The notes: generated from the letters alone by a model not told the origin. A stretch of 64,000 nt of DNA from an uncultured Flavobacteriales bacterium (GCA_938091155.1 CALKOP010000062.1:1295-65294); one strand, 5' to 3'; shown: positions 36,200-46,767, counted from the first letter of the stretch. A program made the numbers and translations.

Positions 36200-37782
36200 A
36201 TCGCGACAGGCTAATACTTCTCATTCTATCGACTCTGCTTTTCATCCCATTTTTGGGTAGCGTTCACCTTTTTGATTGGGACGAAATCAACTTTGCTGAA
36301 AGTGCGCGCGAAATGCTTCAGACAGGCAATTGGTGGCAGGTAACAATCAACTACGAACCCTTTCGCGAAAAGCCACCCTTGTTTTTTTGGATGCAAGCCA
36401 TATCAATGTCCGTATTTGGAGTAGGTGAGTATGCTGCGCGATTACCAAACGCTATTTGCGGCATTATCACCTTACAGGTCATGTTTTTGATTGGTTTGAA
36501 ATGGCAAAACCGAAGCTTCGCTTGGGCATGGGTCTTACTTTATATTGGTTCCATTCTTCCTCATTTATATTTCAAGTCTGGAATCATTGATCCGTGGTTC
36601 AATCTATTCATTTTCTTGTCCGTTTATCATCTTTTCATCACGGTTGAACATGGTGATACTGGATCTTTGAAACATCCAGCAATCGCCGGGTTATTCAGCG
36701 GATTAGCGATTCTTACTAAGGGTCCTGTTGGTTTCCTATTGTTACTACTCACCTTCTTGGTTTGGTGGGGATTCAATCGATTTAAAAAGCCTGCGAACTG
36801 GCAAAGCATTGTGGTCTTTGCGTTATGCGTATTCCTTACTTCTACCATTTGGTTCGGGTACGAAACACTGCAAAACGGGCCTTGGTTCTTAGTGGAGTTC
36901 ATCCAATATCAAGTGGAGCTATTTCTTCGCCCTGTTGCAGGACACAAACAACTCTTTTTCTATCATTTCTTGGTCGTTTTATTGGGTTGTTTTCCAATGT
37001 CGATAATAGCTTTATCCGCATTTAAAAAATCCTTTGTGGGCGATGATCATGCAATGAGCACTTGGATGAAATACCTGTTTTGGGTAGTGCTCATTTTATT
37101 CAGTATTGTGACAACCAAAATTGTACACTACAGCTCTATGACTTACCTACCTCTATCCTATTTAGCAGCACTAGTTGCTGTGCGGCATTTAGAGAGCACA
37201 CAGATTAAGAAATGGCAATTCTGGTGGGTTGGCATGCAAGGCATCCTCTTGGCCATAGCATTTATCGCAGTCCCAATTCTATTGATGAAGAAGGTGCACT
37301 GGATTCATCTGGTATCTGATCCATTCGCAGCAGGAAATCTAAATGCGCCTGTTTCTTGGATGGGTTGGGAATGGATGATTGGTGTTTTATTTCTAGTTGT
37401 AATCTTGGTATTCCTTCGATTAAAAAAGTCGGAGCCCAAACGAGCATTTATTTTATTGACGACTGGTTCGGCACTAGTAATCTCTTCACTTATGGTTGTA
37501 ATTGTGCCGAGAGTTGAAGGTTATAGCCAACGAAGCGCCATCCAGTTTTTTGAAGAGCACCAGAACGAAAACGCCTATTTCGAAACCTTCAAATACAAGA
37601 GTTATTCAAACTATTTCTATGGAAGGGTTAGCCTTAAATCTACGAGTCCACAAACCGCAGACGTGCATTACATCGTCTGCAAGGTTCAGCACATTCCAAA
37701 ACTCATGGAGGAGAATTATGAACTAGAGCACCTGTATGATCAGGGTGGCTTTTCGTTTTATCATAAGATTAAAACTCCATAG
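36196..37782 (+). CDS. ArnT/PMT-like GT-C fold membrane glycosyltransferase (GT39/GT83-type), paralog C
   Basis: 528 aa and polytopic. First-loop LFDWDEINFAESAREM, plus EKPPLFFW and ARLPNAICG. TTG start overlapping the PAP2 stop (TTGA). Confidence 0.8.
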   Translation: MNRDRLILLILSTLLFIPFLGSVHLFDWDEINFAESAREMLQTGNWWQVTINYEPFREKPPLFFWMQAISMSVFGVGEYAARLPNAICGIITLQVMFLIGLKWQNRSFAWAWVLLYIGSILPHLYFKSGIIDPWFNLFIFLSVYHLFITVEHGDTGSLKHPAIAGLFSGLAILTKGPVGFLLLLLTFLVWWGFNRFKKPANWQSIVVFALCVFLTSTIWFGYETLQNGPWFLVEFIQYQVELFLRPVAGHKQLFFYHFLVVLLGCFPMSIIALSAFKKSFVGDDHAMSTWMKYLFWVVLILFSIVTTKIVHYSSMTYLPLSYLAALVAVRHLESTQIKKWQFWWVGMQGILLAIAFIAVPILLMKKVHWIHLVSDPFAAGNLNAPVSWMGWEWMIGVLFLVVILVFLRLKKSEPKRAFILLTTGSALVISSLMVVIVPRVEGYSQRSAIQFFEEHQNENAYFETFKYKSYSNYFYGRVSLKSTSPQTADVHYIVCKVQHIPKLMEENYELEHLYDQGGFSFYHKIKTP

Positions 37783-37799
37783 GGTTTGGTGTCATTCAT

Positions 37800-37824
37800 G
37801 CGCCTTTTGGGCGCCCTTTTTTTG
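37800..37824 (+). terminator. rho-independent terminator
   Basis: ggcgcc-ttttg-ggcgcc, followed by c and T7. It starts 18 nt after the GT-C gene stop. Confidence 0.8.
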
Positions 37825-38018
37825 TATCAATTTTTACAGTTTGGTTGAGGTGTTTTATAGAGAAAGTATCCTTGCTTAATCCAACAATGGACTTACTAAT
37901 CTCATGCATATTGTAACTTTTCATTCAAGAAGATGAAAAATCAGACTTAAGCATCGGATACGCAGGCTTACAAAGAATTATTTTTCAAAGTTTAGCATGT
38001 TTCCTTTGCGTTTTTTCC

Positions 38019-38330
38019 TTGGGCTTAGCTGGTTGCGATCACAAGGCAATAGAGCCTGAACAGCCAATTGGATCAATAGAGTGCTCTGAAGCCGAACCCA
38101 TCAAATGCTGGCAATCTGGATATGGCGTATATATATTTCAATCCGAGAAGGGATACAACCTGAGTGTCAAAAGTGATTCACCACATCCGGACTGTGTTGA
38201 CTATAAAAAACCAGATTTTGATTTTGGTAAACAGACCATTATTTATATTGACAAAGGTTATGCTAGATGTAAACCAGCCTTGGTCGAACAATCATTAGAG
38301 TATAAAAGAACGAGTATGAACTGCGTTTAG
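38019..38330 (+). CDS. small lipoprotein-like protein whose signal peptide start (ATG 37997) is out of frame
   Basis: The ORF begins (TTG)GLAGCDHK. The ATG at 37997 (MFPLRF) lies in the -1 frame across a T6 run (38011-16). See the matching finding. Confidence 0.45.
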   Translation: MGLAGCDHKAIEPEQPIGSIECSEAEPIKCWQSGYGVYIFQSEKGYNLSVKSDSPHPDCVDYKKPDFDFGKQTIIYIDKGYARCKPALVEQSLEYKRTSMNCV

Positions 38331-38522
38331 AAGTTGCAGTGCAAGGCGGATGTTACGCGCTGTGGGAATATTCCAGCGTCTGTAGCGCTCCAAAAATTCC
38401 CGATAACGCCACCATATCGATTATTGAAAACATTTGAACTGACTGGAATTATGATCAATAATCCTACGCTCATGATTAACTGAAGACGTTGTTCTAAGTA
38501 ATCACTTAAGATCCTTTTTTCT

Positions 38523-41500
38523 TTAATCAACTACCTGCAGTACTTCCCACTCTCCTCTTTCCACCTTCTGTTCAGCTACTTTGTATTTCACCACTTTCAC
38601 ATCGCCAGACTTGATGTCACGTACCTCCACTTTATCATTTCGACCTGGCTTCTTGTCAACGCGTACAGGCTCCTTTTTAACCTTTGGTTGCTGCGGAGTA
38701 TTGCCTTGCGTTCTAGGGTCAGGAGCGTTGCCCGGAGCAACCTCTTGCTTGGTGGCCATTACCTTGCTTAGATCTGAGTCCGCCTTCGGTCCTTGTGTAG
38801 CCTGTGCGGCTTGTTTACTAGGAAGGTTAGCTCTGAATAAGAAACTAACGATTTCTCTATTCACCTTGTCTATCATTTGTTCGAATAATCCGAAAGACTC
38901 AAACTTGTAAATCAATAGAGGATCCTTTTGCTCATAAACTGCGCTCTGTACAGATTGACGCAAATCGTCCATTTCGCGTAAATGCTCTTTCCATTGTCCA
39001 TCAATCATGGCTAACGTTGTCGCCTTCTCCAATTCCAGTTTTATAGGTCGGCCTTCCTTCACAATGGCATCTTCCATCTCGACCACTACTTGCAAACCGC
39101 GCTTACCGTCAGACATAGGGATCTCAATGTTCTTGAATTGAGTTCCTTGGTTTTGATGCACGTTCATGATCACAGGAAGCGCCACTTGCGCAACATACTT
39201 GCTTTTGTTCTCATAGTGCTTTAGCGCCTTGCTAAAAACGATATCCGTTAGCTCTTCGCTAGATCGATTCAAGAAGTCTTCTTCCGACACTGGAGACTCA
39301 AGTGTTAGAGAAGTGAAAAGCTCCATTTCAAAACCTTCGAAATCGCGAGCCTCTTGAAATTCATTTGCGATTGAAGCACAAACATCATGAATAGCATTTG
39401 CTGTTTCTACACCCATACGCTCACCATGAAGTGCGTACTTTCTTTTCTTATAAATTACCTCTCGCTGAGAGTTCATTACGTCATCGTACTCCAACAATCT
39501 CTTTCGAGTTCCAAAGTTGTTTTCTTCCACCTTTTTCTGAGCACGTTCAATGCTCTTGCTCACCATTCCATGTTGAATGACTTCCCCTTCTTCAAGACCC
39601 ATTCGGTCCATTAGCTTAGCAATGCGCTCAGATCCAAATAGACGCATCAAATGATCCTCTAATGAAACAAAGAACTGTGAAGAACCTGGGTCTCCTTGTC
39701 GGCCCGCACGACCTCTCAACTGGCGGTCAACCCGTCTTGATTCATGACGCTCAGTGCCGACAATGGCCAGTCCGCCTCCTTCTTTAACTCCTTCACCTAG
39801 TTTGATATCCGTACCACGACCTGCCATGTTAGTTGCAATGGTTACAGTACCCGACTTACCGGCAGCGGCAACAACTTCCGCCTCACTTTGGTGCAATTTC
39901 GCATTTAATACTTGATGTGGAATCTTTCGCATTTTAAGCATACGACTCAATAGCTCTGATATCTCAACCGAAGTAGTTCCCACTAAAATAGGTCGTCCGT
40001 CATTTCTTAATTTCTCAACCTCGTCAATAACCGCATTGTACTTCTCACGTGCCGTTTTGAAAACCAAGTCTTGGTCGTCCTTTCTAGTTATTGGTCGGTT
40101 TGTTGGAATAACCACCACATCTAGTTTATAGATCTCCCAGAATTCGCCAGCTTCTGTTTCTGCTGTTCCGGTCATACCGCTTAGCTTGTTATACATACGG
40201 AAGTAGTTCTGTAGCGTAACTGTGGCGTAGGTCTGAGTTGCCGCCTCCACCTTTACATTCTCCTTGGTCTCAATAGCCTGATGAAGTCCGTCAGAATAGC
40301 GCCTTCCATCCATAACACGACCGGTCTGTTCATCTACAATCTTGACTTTGCCATCCATAACCACATATTCAACATCCTTTTCGAATAATGCGTATGCCTT
40401 CAATAATTGGTTGATTGCGTGAATTCGTTCTGCCTTTTCAGCGTATTCTGTAATCAGTTTGTCTTTAACGGCAGCCCGCTCATCGCTATCCGAAATACGG
40501 TTTTCTAGTTGACTTAACTCAGTCCCGATGTCGGGTAAAATATAGAACGACTTATCATCTCCTTGCTCGGTAATTAAATCGATTCCCTTTTCTGTTAACT
40601 CAATGCTGTTCTGCTTTTCATCAATAACAAAAAACATTTCATCATCAATTATATGCATCTCCTTCTGCTGATCTTGCAGATAGTAGTTCTCCGTTTTTTG
40701 GAGTGTTGTACGCACGCCTGGCTCACTTAAATATTTGATAAGAGCCTTCGTTTTTGGCAATCCTCTATAGCTTCTAAGCAACTGCTCACCACCCAATTTT
40801 AGGTTCGCCTCTAATTGCTTTTTATTCGTAGAATTTTCCGAGGTGGAGGCTAATAATTTTTTCGATTCGGCTAATAGTCCATTAATCAGTGACTTTTGAG
40901 CTCCAACTAGCTTTTCTACTCGAGACCTGAGAGCTACAAATTGCTGTTGATCTCCTTTGGGTGTAGGTCCTGAAATAATAAGCGGTGTTCGCGCATCATC
41001 AATCAGTACAGAATCTACCTCATCAACAATTGCATAGTTGTGTACACGCTGCACCAAGTCCTTTGGTCGGCCAGCCATGTTATCTCTTAGGTAGTCAAAC
41101 CCAAACTCATTATTCGTTCCGTAAGTAACATCGCAACGGTAAGCTGCACGCCTGCTTTCACCATTAGGTTGGTGCTTATCAATGCAGTCAATGGTCAATC
41201 CATGAAATTGAAATATAGGAGCCATCCACTCGCTGTCACGTTTAGCCAAGTAGTCATTCACCGTTACAACATGAACCCCACGACCACTTAGTGCGTTCAG
41301 GTAGACTGGTAGTGTTGCTACTAGCGTTTTTCCTTCCCCCGTAGCCATCTCAGCAATTTTTCCGCCATGGAGCACCATGCCACCAATGAGCTGCACATCA
41401 TAGTGAAGCATTTCCCATTTCACGTCCACACCAGCAGCTTCCCAAGTGTTATTCCAAAATGCTTTCTCTCCTTCAATTCTGATATGCTTCCGTGTTGCAG

Positions 41501-41927
41501 CAAGTTCTGAATCCATCTCAGTTACAGTTACCTCTAACTCCTCGTTTTCTTTAAATCTTCGTGAAGTTTCCTTAACTACAGCGAATGCTTCCGGTAAAAT
41601 TTCTTGAAGTGCCACTTCAATTTGCTCTACTATTCGCTTGTCAATAGAATCAATTTCTTCATAGATTTCTTCTTTTTTGGCAAAATCTATTTCGTCTTTT
41701 TCTATGATTGCTTTCAGTTCATCTACCTTATTCTGATCTTCCTTTATAGAGTCCTGAATCCGTTTTTTGAACTCTGCTGTTTTACCCCGCAGTTCATCAT
41801 TTGTTAAAGGCGCATATGAGGAAAAATGCTCGTTGATTATTGCAACCAATGGCGTTAACTCCTTTATGTCTTTGTCGCTTTTGTTTCCGAATACTTGATT
41901 CAGAACCTTGTTTACTATTTGAAGCAT
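38523..41927 (-). CDS. secA: preprotein translocase ATPase SecA
   Basis: 1134 aa. [14 protein letters not shown] (Walker A), [33 protein letters not shown]. Long Bacteroidota-type C-terminal extension. Confidence 0.97.
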   Translation of the reverse strand: MLQIVNKVLNQVFGNKSDKDIKELTPLVAIINEHFSSYAPLTNDELRGKTAEFKKRIQDSIKEDQNKVDELKAIIEKDEIDFAKKEEIYEEIDSIDKRIVEQIEVALQEILPEAFAVVKETSRRFKENEELEVTVTEMDSELAATRKHIRIEGEKAFWNNTWEAAGVDVKWEMLHYDVQLIGGMVLHGGKIAEMATGEGKTLVATLPVYLNALSGRGVHVVTVNDYLAKRDSEWMAPIFQFHGLTIDCIDKHQPNGESRRAAYRCDVTYGTNNEFGFDYLRDNMAGRPKDLVQRVHNYAIVDEVDSVLIDDARTPLIISGPTPKGDQQQFVALRSRVEKLVGAQKSLINGLLAESKKLLASTSENSTNKKQLEANLKLGGEQLLRSYRGLPKTKALIKYLSEPGVRTTLQKTENYYLQDQQKEMHIIDDEMFFVIDEKQNSIELTEKGIDLITEQGDDKSFYILPDIGTELSQLENRISDSDERAAVKDKLITEYAEKAERIHAINQLLKAYALFEKDVEYVVMDGKVKIVDEQTGRVMDGRRYSDGLHQAIETKENVKVEAATQTYATVTLQNYFRMYNKLSGMTGTAETEAGEFWEIYKLDVVVIPTNRPITRKDDQDLVFKTAREKYNAVIDEVEKLRNDGRPILVGTTSVEISELLSRMLKMRKIPHQVLNAKLHQSEAEVVAAAGKSGTVTIATNMAGRGTDIKLGEGVKEGGGLAIVGTERHESRRVDRQLRGRAGRQGDPGSSQFFVSLEDHLMRLFGSERIAKLMDRMGLEEGEVIQHGMVSKSIERAQKKVEENNFGTRKRLLEYDDVMNSQREVIYKKRKYALHGERMGVETANAIHDVCASIANEFQEARDFEGFEMELFTSLTLESPVSEEDFLNRSSEELTDIVFSKALKHYENKSKYVAQVALPVIMNVHQNQGTQFKNIEIPMSDGKRGLQVVVEMEDAIVKEGRPIKLELEKATTLAMIDGQWKEHLREMDDLRQSVQSAVYEQKDPLLIYKFESFGLFEQMIDKVNREIVSFLFRANLPSKQAAQATQGPKADSDLSKVMATKQEVAPGNAPDPRTQGNTPQQPKVKKEPVRVDKKPGRNDKVEVRDIKSGDVKVVKYKVAEQKVERGEWEVLQVVD

Positions 41928-42070
41928 AGTGTTACGTTATAGATAGCGTTATAAGTCAATTGGCTTGCCAAAGCAAATAACCTGACAAAGTTGCGCGCTA
42001 TGTAGATCGTAATTCAAAAAAGTGGACGAAGTTACTCATTGATTGAGTGCTTTCAGACGGGTGAGAAAAC

Positions 42071-42101
42071 AAAAAAAGCCGCACTTCCGTGCAGCTTTTT
42101 T
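42071..42101 (-). terminator. rho-independent terminator after the DUF2795 gene
   Basis: The minus-strand RNA is AGCUGCAC-GGAA-GUGCGGCU (one G-U pair), followed by U7. Confidence 0.75.
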
Positions 42102-42119
42102 AGGCTATTTTATTCTATG

Positions 42120-42341
42120 TCAGTATTCGTCTTCATTGAAGAAGAAGTCCTCCTTCGTGGGATAATCGGGCCAAATGTCCTCGATGGTTTCGTAATTATC
42201 GCCTTCGTCTTCTAAGGCTTGTAAGTTTTCTACTACCTCTAAGGGCGCTCCTGTTCGCATAGCGAAATCAATCAACTCATCTTTGCTGGCTGGCCAAGGG
42301 GCGTCTTCTAAGTATGATGCAAGTTCTAATGTCCAATACAT
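42120..42341 (-). CDS. DUF2795 domain protein
   Basis: 73 aa. LASYLEDAPWPASKDELIDFAMRTGAPLEVVENLQAL matches the DUF2795 pattern. Confidence 0.7.
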   Translation of the reverse strand: MYWTLELASYLEDAPWPASKDELIDFAMRTGAPLEVVENLQALEDEGDNYETIEDIWPDYPTKEDFFFNEDEY

Positions 42342-42445
42342 GTCTCCTATTTTTAGGGGTCATTTCTAAAGGCGGCAAAAATATATTTTCTAGCTTCTTA
42401 CACAAGAGAAATTTTACTTGCCGCTAATTATTGATTTTCAAGGAA

Positions 42446-43000
42446 TTAATTTCTCGAATTTGGATTCCATGGAATCTCCTCTGCCTGAAAATCTTGAGTA
42501 AGCTGTCTTGACAAGACGAAAAAATAATCTGAGAGTCTATTCAAATAGGTTAAAATGATAGAATTAAGTGCCTGTTCTTCATTCAAAGCCACACATAATC
42601 TTTCCGCCCTGCGGCATACTGTTCTGCAAATATGAGCTGCCGAAACAGCAGGATGACCACCTGGCAAAACGAAAAATTTCATCTCTGGCAATTGAGCATC
42701 CATACGGTCCATTTCTTGCTCCAATTCAGTAACGCTCTCTTCACCCACTTCGGGTAGCGTCATTTTATTCTTTATTGGATCGGCTGCTAGATGAGAACCT
42801 ATTGTAAATAAATCTTCTTGTATATGGAGCAGCAATTGCTTCTGGTCGGCAGACAAAGAATGATCTTTTAGTGCCCCTGTAAAAGCATTCAATTCGTCCA
42901 CAGTGCCGTAACTTTCTATTCTGAGATGGTGTTTTGGAAGCCGGTTTCCACCAAGTAATCCAGTTGTTCCGTTGTCTCCTTTTTTAGTATAAATTTTCAT
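42446..43000 (-). CDS. ATP:cob(I)alamin adenosyltransferase, PduO type
   Basis: 184 aa. MKIYTKKGDNGTTGLLGG and the later RLSDYFFVLSR are family hallmarks. Confidence 0.88.
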   Translation of the reverse strand: MKIYTKKGDNGTTGLLGGNRLPKHHLRIESYGTVDELNAFTGALKDHSLSADQKQLLLHIQEDLFTIGSHLAADPIKNKMTLPEVGEESVTELEQEMDRMDAQLPEMKFFVLPGGHPAVSAAHICRTVCRRAERLCVALNEEQALNSIILTYLNRLSDYFFVLSRQLTQDFQAEEIPWNPNSRN

Positions 43001-43053
43001 GACTCAACGATAGTTAAAAATTTGAGTTTAGCAAAGGCTACTTTCGCGACCTT

Positions 43054-43977
43054 ATGCCAAAAATCGACTTCTCTCACAAGCCCACGCAATGGGTTATTCT
43101 AGCGCTGCTCGCGCTAACTTGGGGAAGCTCGTTCATTCTTATGAAAAAAGCGTTAGTCTTTTTCAGTAGTACAGAAGTGGCTTCATTTAGAATAGCCATT
43201 GCCGCAATTGTCCTAATGCCCATTAGCCTTAGAAATTTGCGCAAAATTAAGAGTCACTTTTGGCCGCTGCTTGTAACTAGTTTGCTTGGAAACGCTATTC
43301 CTGCCTTTTTGTTCGCCTTGGCTCAAACACAAATCCCGAGCGGTCTCACGGGTATTCTCAATTCATTAACCTCATTATTTACTCTCCTTATTGGGGTTAT
43401 CCTTTTTCGGTCTAAAACCACGTTTGCACAAGTCAGTGGTGTATTGGTTGCGCTTGCTGCTGCCGCAGGATTAATAGGATTTGATAACCTATTCCAGTTT
43501 TCGGAACACGGTAAATACTCGCTATTAGTTATTGCGGCATCTGGCATGTACGGCATTGCAGTAAATACCATAAAGGCAGAATTATCCGAAATGAGACCCA
43601 TTCACATTACCTCCCTCTCGTTTTTGATGACTGGGCCCATTTGTGCGTTATACTTATTGTTTGGCACAGACTTCATCCAAATTGCAACTACCAATCAGGA
43701 AAGTTGGATGGGCATATTTTATCTTTTAATCCTAGCCATAGTTGGCACTGCCGCTGCGGTAATTATGTTTAATCGATTGATCAAGGAAACGACTGCCATC
43801 TTCGCTTCAACGGTCACCTATTTGATTCCGATTGTAGCTGTTGGTTGGGGCCTCTTAGATGGTGAAGTTATTTCCCTAACTGACCTTTTATATATGCTTC
43901 TCATCCTCACAGGAATCTTCTTGATTAACATGAAATCGCCCATTGCAACTTTTATGGGATTGTTTCAAAGAAAATAA
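43054..43977 (+). CDS. EamA/DMT superfamily transporter
   Basis: 307 aa, about 10 TM helices arranged as two EamA halves (LALTWGSSFILMK...). Confidence 0.8.
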   Translation: MPKIDFSHKPTQWVILALLALTWGSSFILMKKALVFFSSTEVASFRIAIAAIVLMPISLRNLRKIKSHFWPLLVTSLLGNAIPAFLFALAQTQIPSGLTGILNSLTSLFTLLIGVILFRSKTTFAQVSGVLVALAAAAGLIGFDNLFQFSEHGKYSLLVIAASGMYGIAVNTIKAELSEMRPIHITSLSFLMTGPICALYLLFGTDFIQIATTNQESWMGIFYLLILAIVGTAAAVIMFNRLIKETTAIFASTVTYLIPIVAVGWGLLDGEVISLTDLLYMLLILTGIFLINMKSPIATFMGLFQRK

Positions 43978-44054
43978 ACCTGAGATGCAGGCTTTGTTGA
44001 AAACTTATTTCTTTTACTTTCGCAGCCCTTTTTAAATAAAGAAAAATTAAAGCT

Positions 44055-44567
44055 ATGTACGCAATTGTAGATATAGCGGGGCAGCAATTCAAAGTTGAAA
44101 AAGACCAAAAGGTTTACGTTCATCGATTGGATGCAGAAGAAGGAAAGAAGGTAAACTTCGATCACGTTCTTCTCATCGATGACAATGGCAAAGTAAATAT
44201 TGGCGCCCCAGCTATCAACGGAGCACAAGTTAGTGCTACCGTCTTAGAGCACCTAAAAGGTGACAAGGTAATCGTCTTCAAAAAGAAGAGACGTAAAGGT
44301 TACCAAAAGAAAAATGGACACCGTCAATGCCTGACCGAAATCCAAATCAATGTCATCAAAGCAAGTGGCGCGAAAGCGGCTCCAACTAAGAAGGAAGAAG
44401 CTGCTCCTAAGGCAGAGGCTCCTAAAGCTGAAGCGAAGCCAGCGGCTACAGAGTCTAGTGATTTGAGTTCTATGACGGTTGCCGAGTTGAAAGACATGGC
44501 AAAAGCAAAAGATATTTCAGGATATTCATCAATGAAGAAGGCTGAGCTTGTTGAAGCATTAAGCTAA
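44055..44567 (+). CDS. rplU: 50S ribosomal protein L21 with a 67-aa C-terminal extension (Ala/Lys/Pro linker + Rho_N/SAP-like helix-hairpin)
   Basis: MYAIVDIAGQQFKVEKDQKVYV...GHRQCLTEIQI is the canonical L21 core of about 103 aa. A tail follows: AAPKAEAPKAEAKPAATE...MTVAELKDMAKAKDISGYSSMKKAELVEALS. Confidence 0.93.
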   Translation: MYAIVDIAGQQFKVEKDQKVYVHRLDAEEGKKVNFDHVLLIDDNGKVNIGAPAINGAQVSATVLEHLKGDKVIVFKKKRRKGYQKKNGHRQCLTEIQINVIKASGAKAAPTKKEEAAPKAEAPKAEAKPAATESSDLSSMTVAELKDMAKAKDISGYSSMKKAELVEALS

Positions 44568-44588
44568 ATTCAAAAAATCGAATAAAAA

Positions 44589-44852
44589 ATGGCACATAAA
44601 AAAGGTGTAGGTAGTTCGAAAAACGGACGTGAATCGGAAAGTAAACGACTTGGAGTAAAAATCTTTGGTGGTCAAGCTGCTATTGCTGGTAACATTATTG
44701 TTCGCCAACGAGGCACTAAGCACAACCCCGGAGCTAATGTAGGTGTAGGTAAAGATCACACCTTGTTTGCATTGACAGACGGAGTCGTTAAGTTTCAAAA
44801 GAAAAGAGACAATAAGTCTTATGTATCAATCGTCCTTGACGCTGAGAATTAA
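44589..44852 (+). CDS. rpmA: 50S ribosomal protein L27
   Basis: [24 protein letters not shown]...IVRQRGTK. Confidence 0.97.
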   Translation: MAHKKGVGSSKNGRESESKRLGVKIFGGQAAIAGNIIVRQRGTKHNPGANVGVGKDHTLFALTDGVVKFQKKRDNKSYVSIVLDAEN

Positions 44853-44875
44853 GACTCGTTAAATCATATTGATAG

Positions 44876-44909
44876 TCCCGATTCGATGTACATTGAGTCG
44901 GGATTTTTT
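44876..44909 (+). terminator. rho-independent terminator after rpmA
   Basis: tcccgattcgatg..cattgagtcggga stem (two G-U pairs), followed by T6. Confidence 0.75.
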
Positions 44910-44935
44910 GTTTTCATTCGTTTCATATTTGTCCC

Positions 44936-46204
44936 ATGTTAGAAGTATCACAGATTCGAGCCAATCGTCAGCAAGCGATTGACGCCTTAAAAAAGCGACA
45001 CATTGACGCTGAGCAAACAGTAAATGACGTTATCGGATTGGACGACAAGCGAAAGCACGCCCAATTCACTTTAGACCAAAATTTAGGAGAGGCAAAAAAA
45101 GTCGCCTCAGAAATTGGTCAGATGATGAAAGAAGGTCGTCATGAGGAAGCTAACTCCGCCAAGGAAAAGACATCTGAGCTTAAAAAATACAATCAAGAGC
45201 TAGATCAAGAGCTCAAGCAAATTGAAGTTGACCTAAAAAATGCACTTGCTGGAATCCCGAATACCCCGCACGAATCCGTTGCTGCTGGCCGCAGCAGCGA
45301 AGACAATGAAACCATTCGTTCTTGGGGTAAGGCGGAAGACGCTTCTCACGCAACCCCCCACTGGGATCTTGCCAAAACATATAACCTGATCGATTTTGAA
45401 CTGGGTGTGAAAATCAGCGGTGCTGGTTTCCCTGTATACATGGGAAAAGGAGCCAAACTTCAACGATCACTCATTCAGTTTTTCCTAGATCAAGGCGAAA
45501 AAGCTGGATATACAGAAGTGATCCCGCCACATTTAGTTAATGCAGAATCAGGCTTTGGAACAGGTCAACTACCTGATAAGGATGGACAAATGTATCATGC
45601 AGTGGAAGATGATCTTTACCTCATTCCAACTGGCGAGGTTCCGATAACTAATATTTACCGCGATATAATTGTGGCGGATGAAGACCTGCCCATTAAAAAC
45701 ATTGGATATACTCCATGTTTTAGAAGAGAAGCAGGTTCCTATGGAAAAGAAGTACGTGGATTAAACCGTTTACATCAATTCGACAAGGTTGAGATTGTTC
45801 AATTATCTCGCCCTGAAGAAAGCTATGCGGCTCTCGAAGTTATGGTGAAGCATGTAGAAAGTTTGTTGCAACAACTTGAACTTCCATATCGAGTTTTACG
45901 TCTTTGTGGTGGTGATATGGGATTTACATCCGCTTTGACTTATGATTTAGAAGTGTACGCAAAAGGCCAAGGCCGATGGTTAGAGGTTAGTTCTGTTTCA
46001 AATTTTGAAACATACCAAGCCAATCGGATGAAGTTGCGTATTAAGTCAAAAGATGGGGAAAAACGGTTGGCACATACACTAAATGGTAGCGCGTTAGCTT
46101 TACCTAGAATATTGGCTGCTGTACTCGAAAACAATTGTGACGGCAACGAAATCAAAATTCCAGCTTGCCTAGTTCCATACACTAAATTTGATTCTATCGC
46201 ATGA
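44936..46204 (+). CDS. serS: serine--tRNA ligase
   Basis: 422 aa. N-terminal coiled-coil arm and class II motifs (FRREAGSYGKEVRGLNRLHQFDKVE, GSALALPRILAAVLEN). Confidence 0.95.
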   Translation: MLEVSQIRANRQQAIDALKKRHIDAEQTVNDVIGLDDKRKHAQFTLDQNLGEAKKVASEIGQMMKEGRHEEANSAKEKTSELKKYNQELDQELKQIEVDLKNALAGIPNTPHESVAAGRSSEDNETIRSWGKAEDASHATPHWDLAKTYNLIDFELGVKISGAGFPVYMGKGAKLQRSLIQFFLDQGEKAGYTEVIPPHLVNAESGFGTGQLPDKDGQMYHAVEDDLYLIPTGEVPITNIYRDIIVADEDLPIKNIGYTPCFRREAGSYGKEVRGLNRLHQFDKVEIVQLSRPEESYAALEVMVKHVESLLQQLELPYRVLRLCGGDMGFTSALTYDLEVYAKGQGRWLEVSSVSNFETYQANRMKLRIKSKDGEKRLAHTLNGSALALPRILAAVLENNCDGNEIKIPACLVPYTKFDSIA

Positions 46205-46767
46205 AAAAAATAGCCTTTATCTACACCCTTTTGGCCTGTGTGCTAGCATTCACTTCATGCAATACAGAAGTTAAAAAAGAAAGAATTCAAAAAATTGATA
46301 GTCTTGGGTCCCTGTTAAATCATGTCAATGAATTAGTTGCTCAAGTTGATGAAGCTAAAATTCAAACTCGACTAAGCGAAATGAACCTAGTGGGGAATTG
46401 GTTTCTTGATAATGTGGAGGACACCCTAGATCCAAAGACTGGATTAATTCTTGGCGATTATCTAAGGTGCAAGAAGTTTTATGGAAAAGCTTCTCAAAGA
46501 TTATCCCAAGTAAAAACAGAGCTGGAATACAGTGAAAAACAACTGAGCACACTTCGTGGAGATGTCAATAATGGGCTGTATAATGACGATGAGTTTCTCA
46601 TACACTTTAAATCTGAAGCAGAGTCGGCCGCAAAACTAATGGAAGCCACAGAGGAACTTGATCGAACGTATGTTTCCGTAAATGCACAATACGCCAAAAC
46701 CAAAGCCCCCGTTCTAACGTTAAAGGATAGTATCAAATCCGTTATTCTGTCTCCTGAGCCTATTTAA
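46201..46767 (+). CDS. hypothetical lipoprotein
   Basis: MKKIAFIYTLLACVLAFTSCN (lipobox). ATGA overlap with the serS stop. Confidence 0.6.
   Translation: MKKIAFIYTLLACVLAFTSCNTEVKKERIQKIDSLGSLLNHVNELVAQVDEAKIQTRLSEMNLVGNWFLDNVEDTLDPKTGLILGDYLRCKKFYGKASQRLSQVKTELEYSEKQLSTLRGDVNNGLYNDDEFLIHFKSEAESAAKLMEATEELDRTYVSVNAQYAKTKAPVLTLKDSIKSVILSPEPI

Noticed and set aside
38327-38530. 67-aa minus-strand ORF between secA and the small lipoprotein gene.
   Set aside because: It overlaps the secA stop by 8 nt and the convergent gene's end by 4 nt. It has no motif I recognise. It may simply be the 3' intergenic region that happens to be open, so it is not called as a gene.
43977-44054. Bacteroidota-type promoter (-33 TTTG / -7 TAnnTTTG) upstream of rplU.
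   Set aside because: The only match is imperfect: TTTG at about 43993, and TACTTTCG about 18 nt later. That is not strong enough to annotate without transcription start data.
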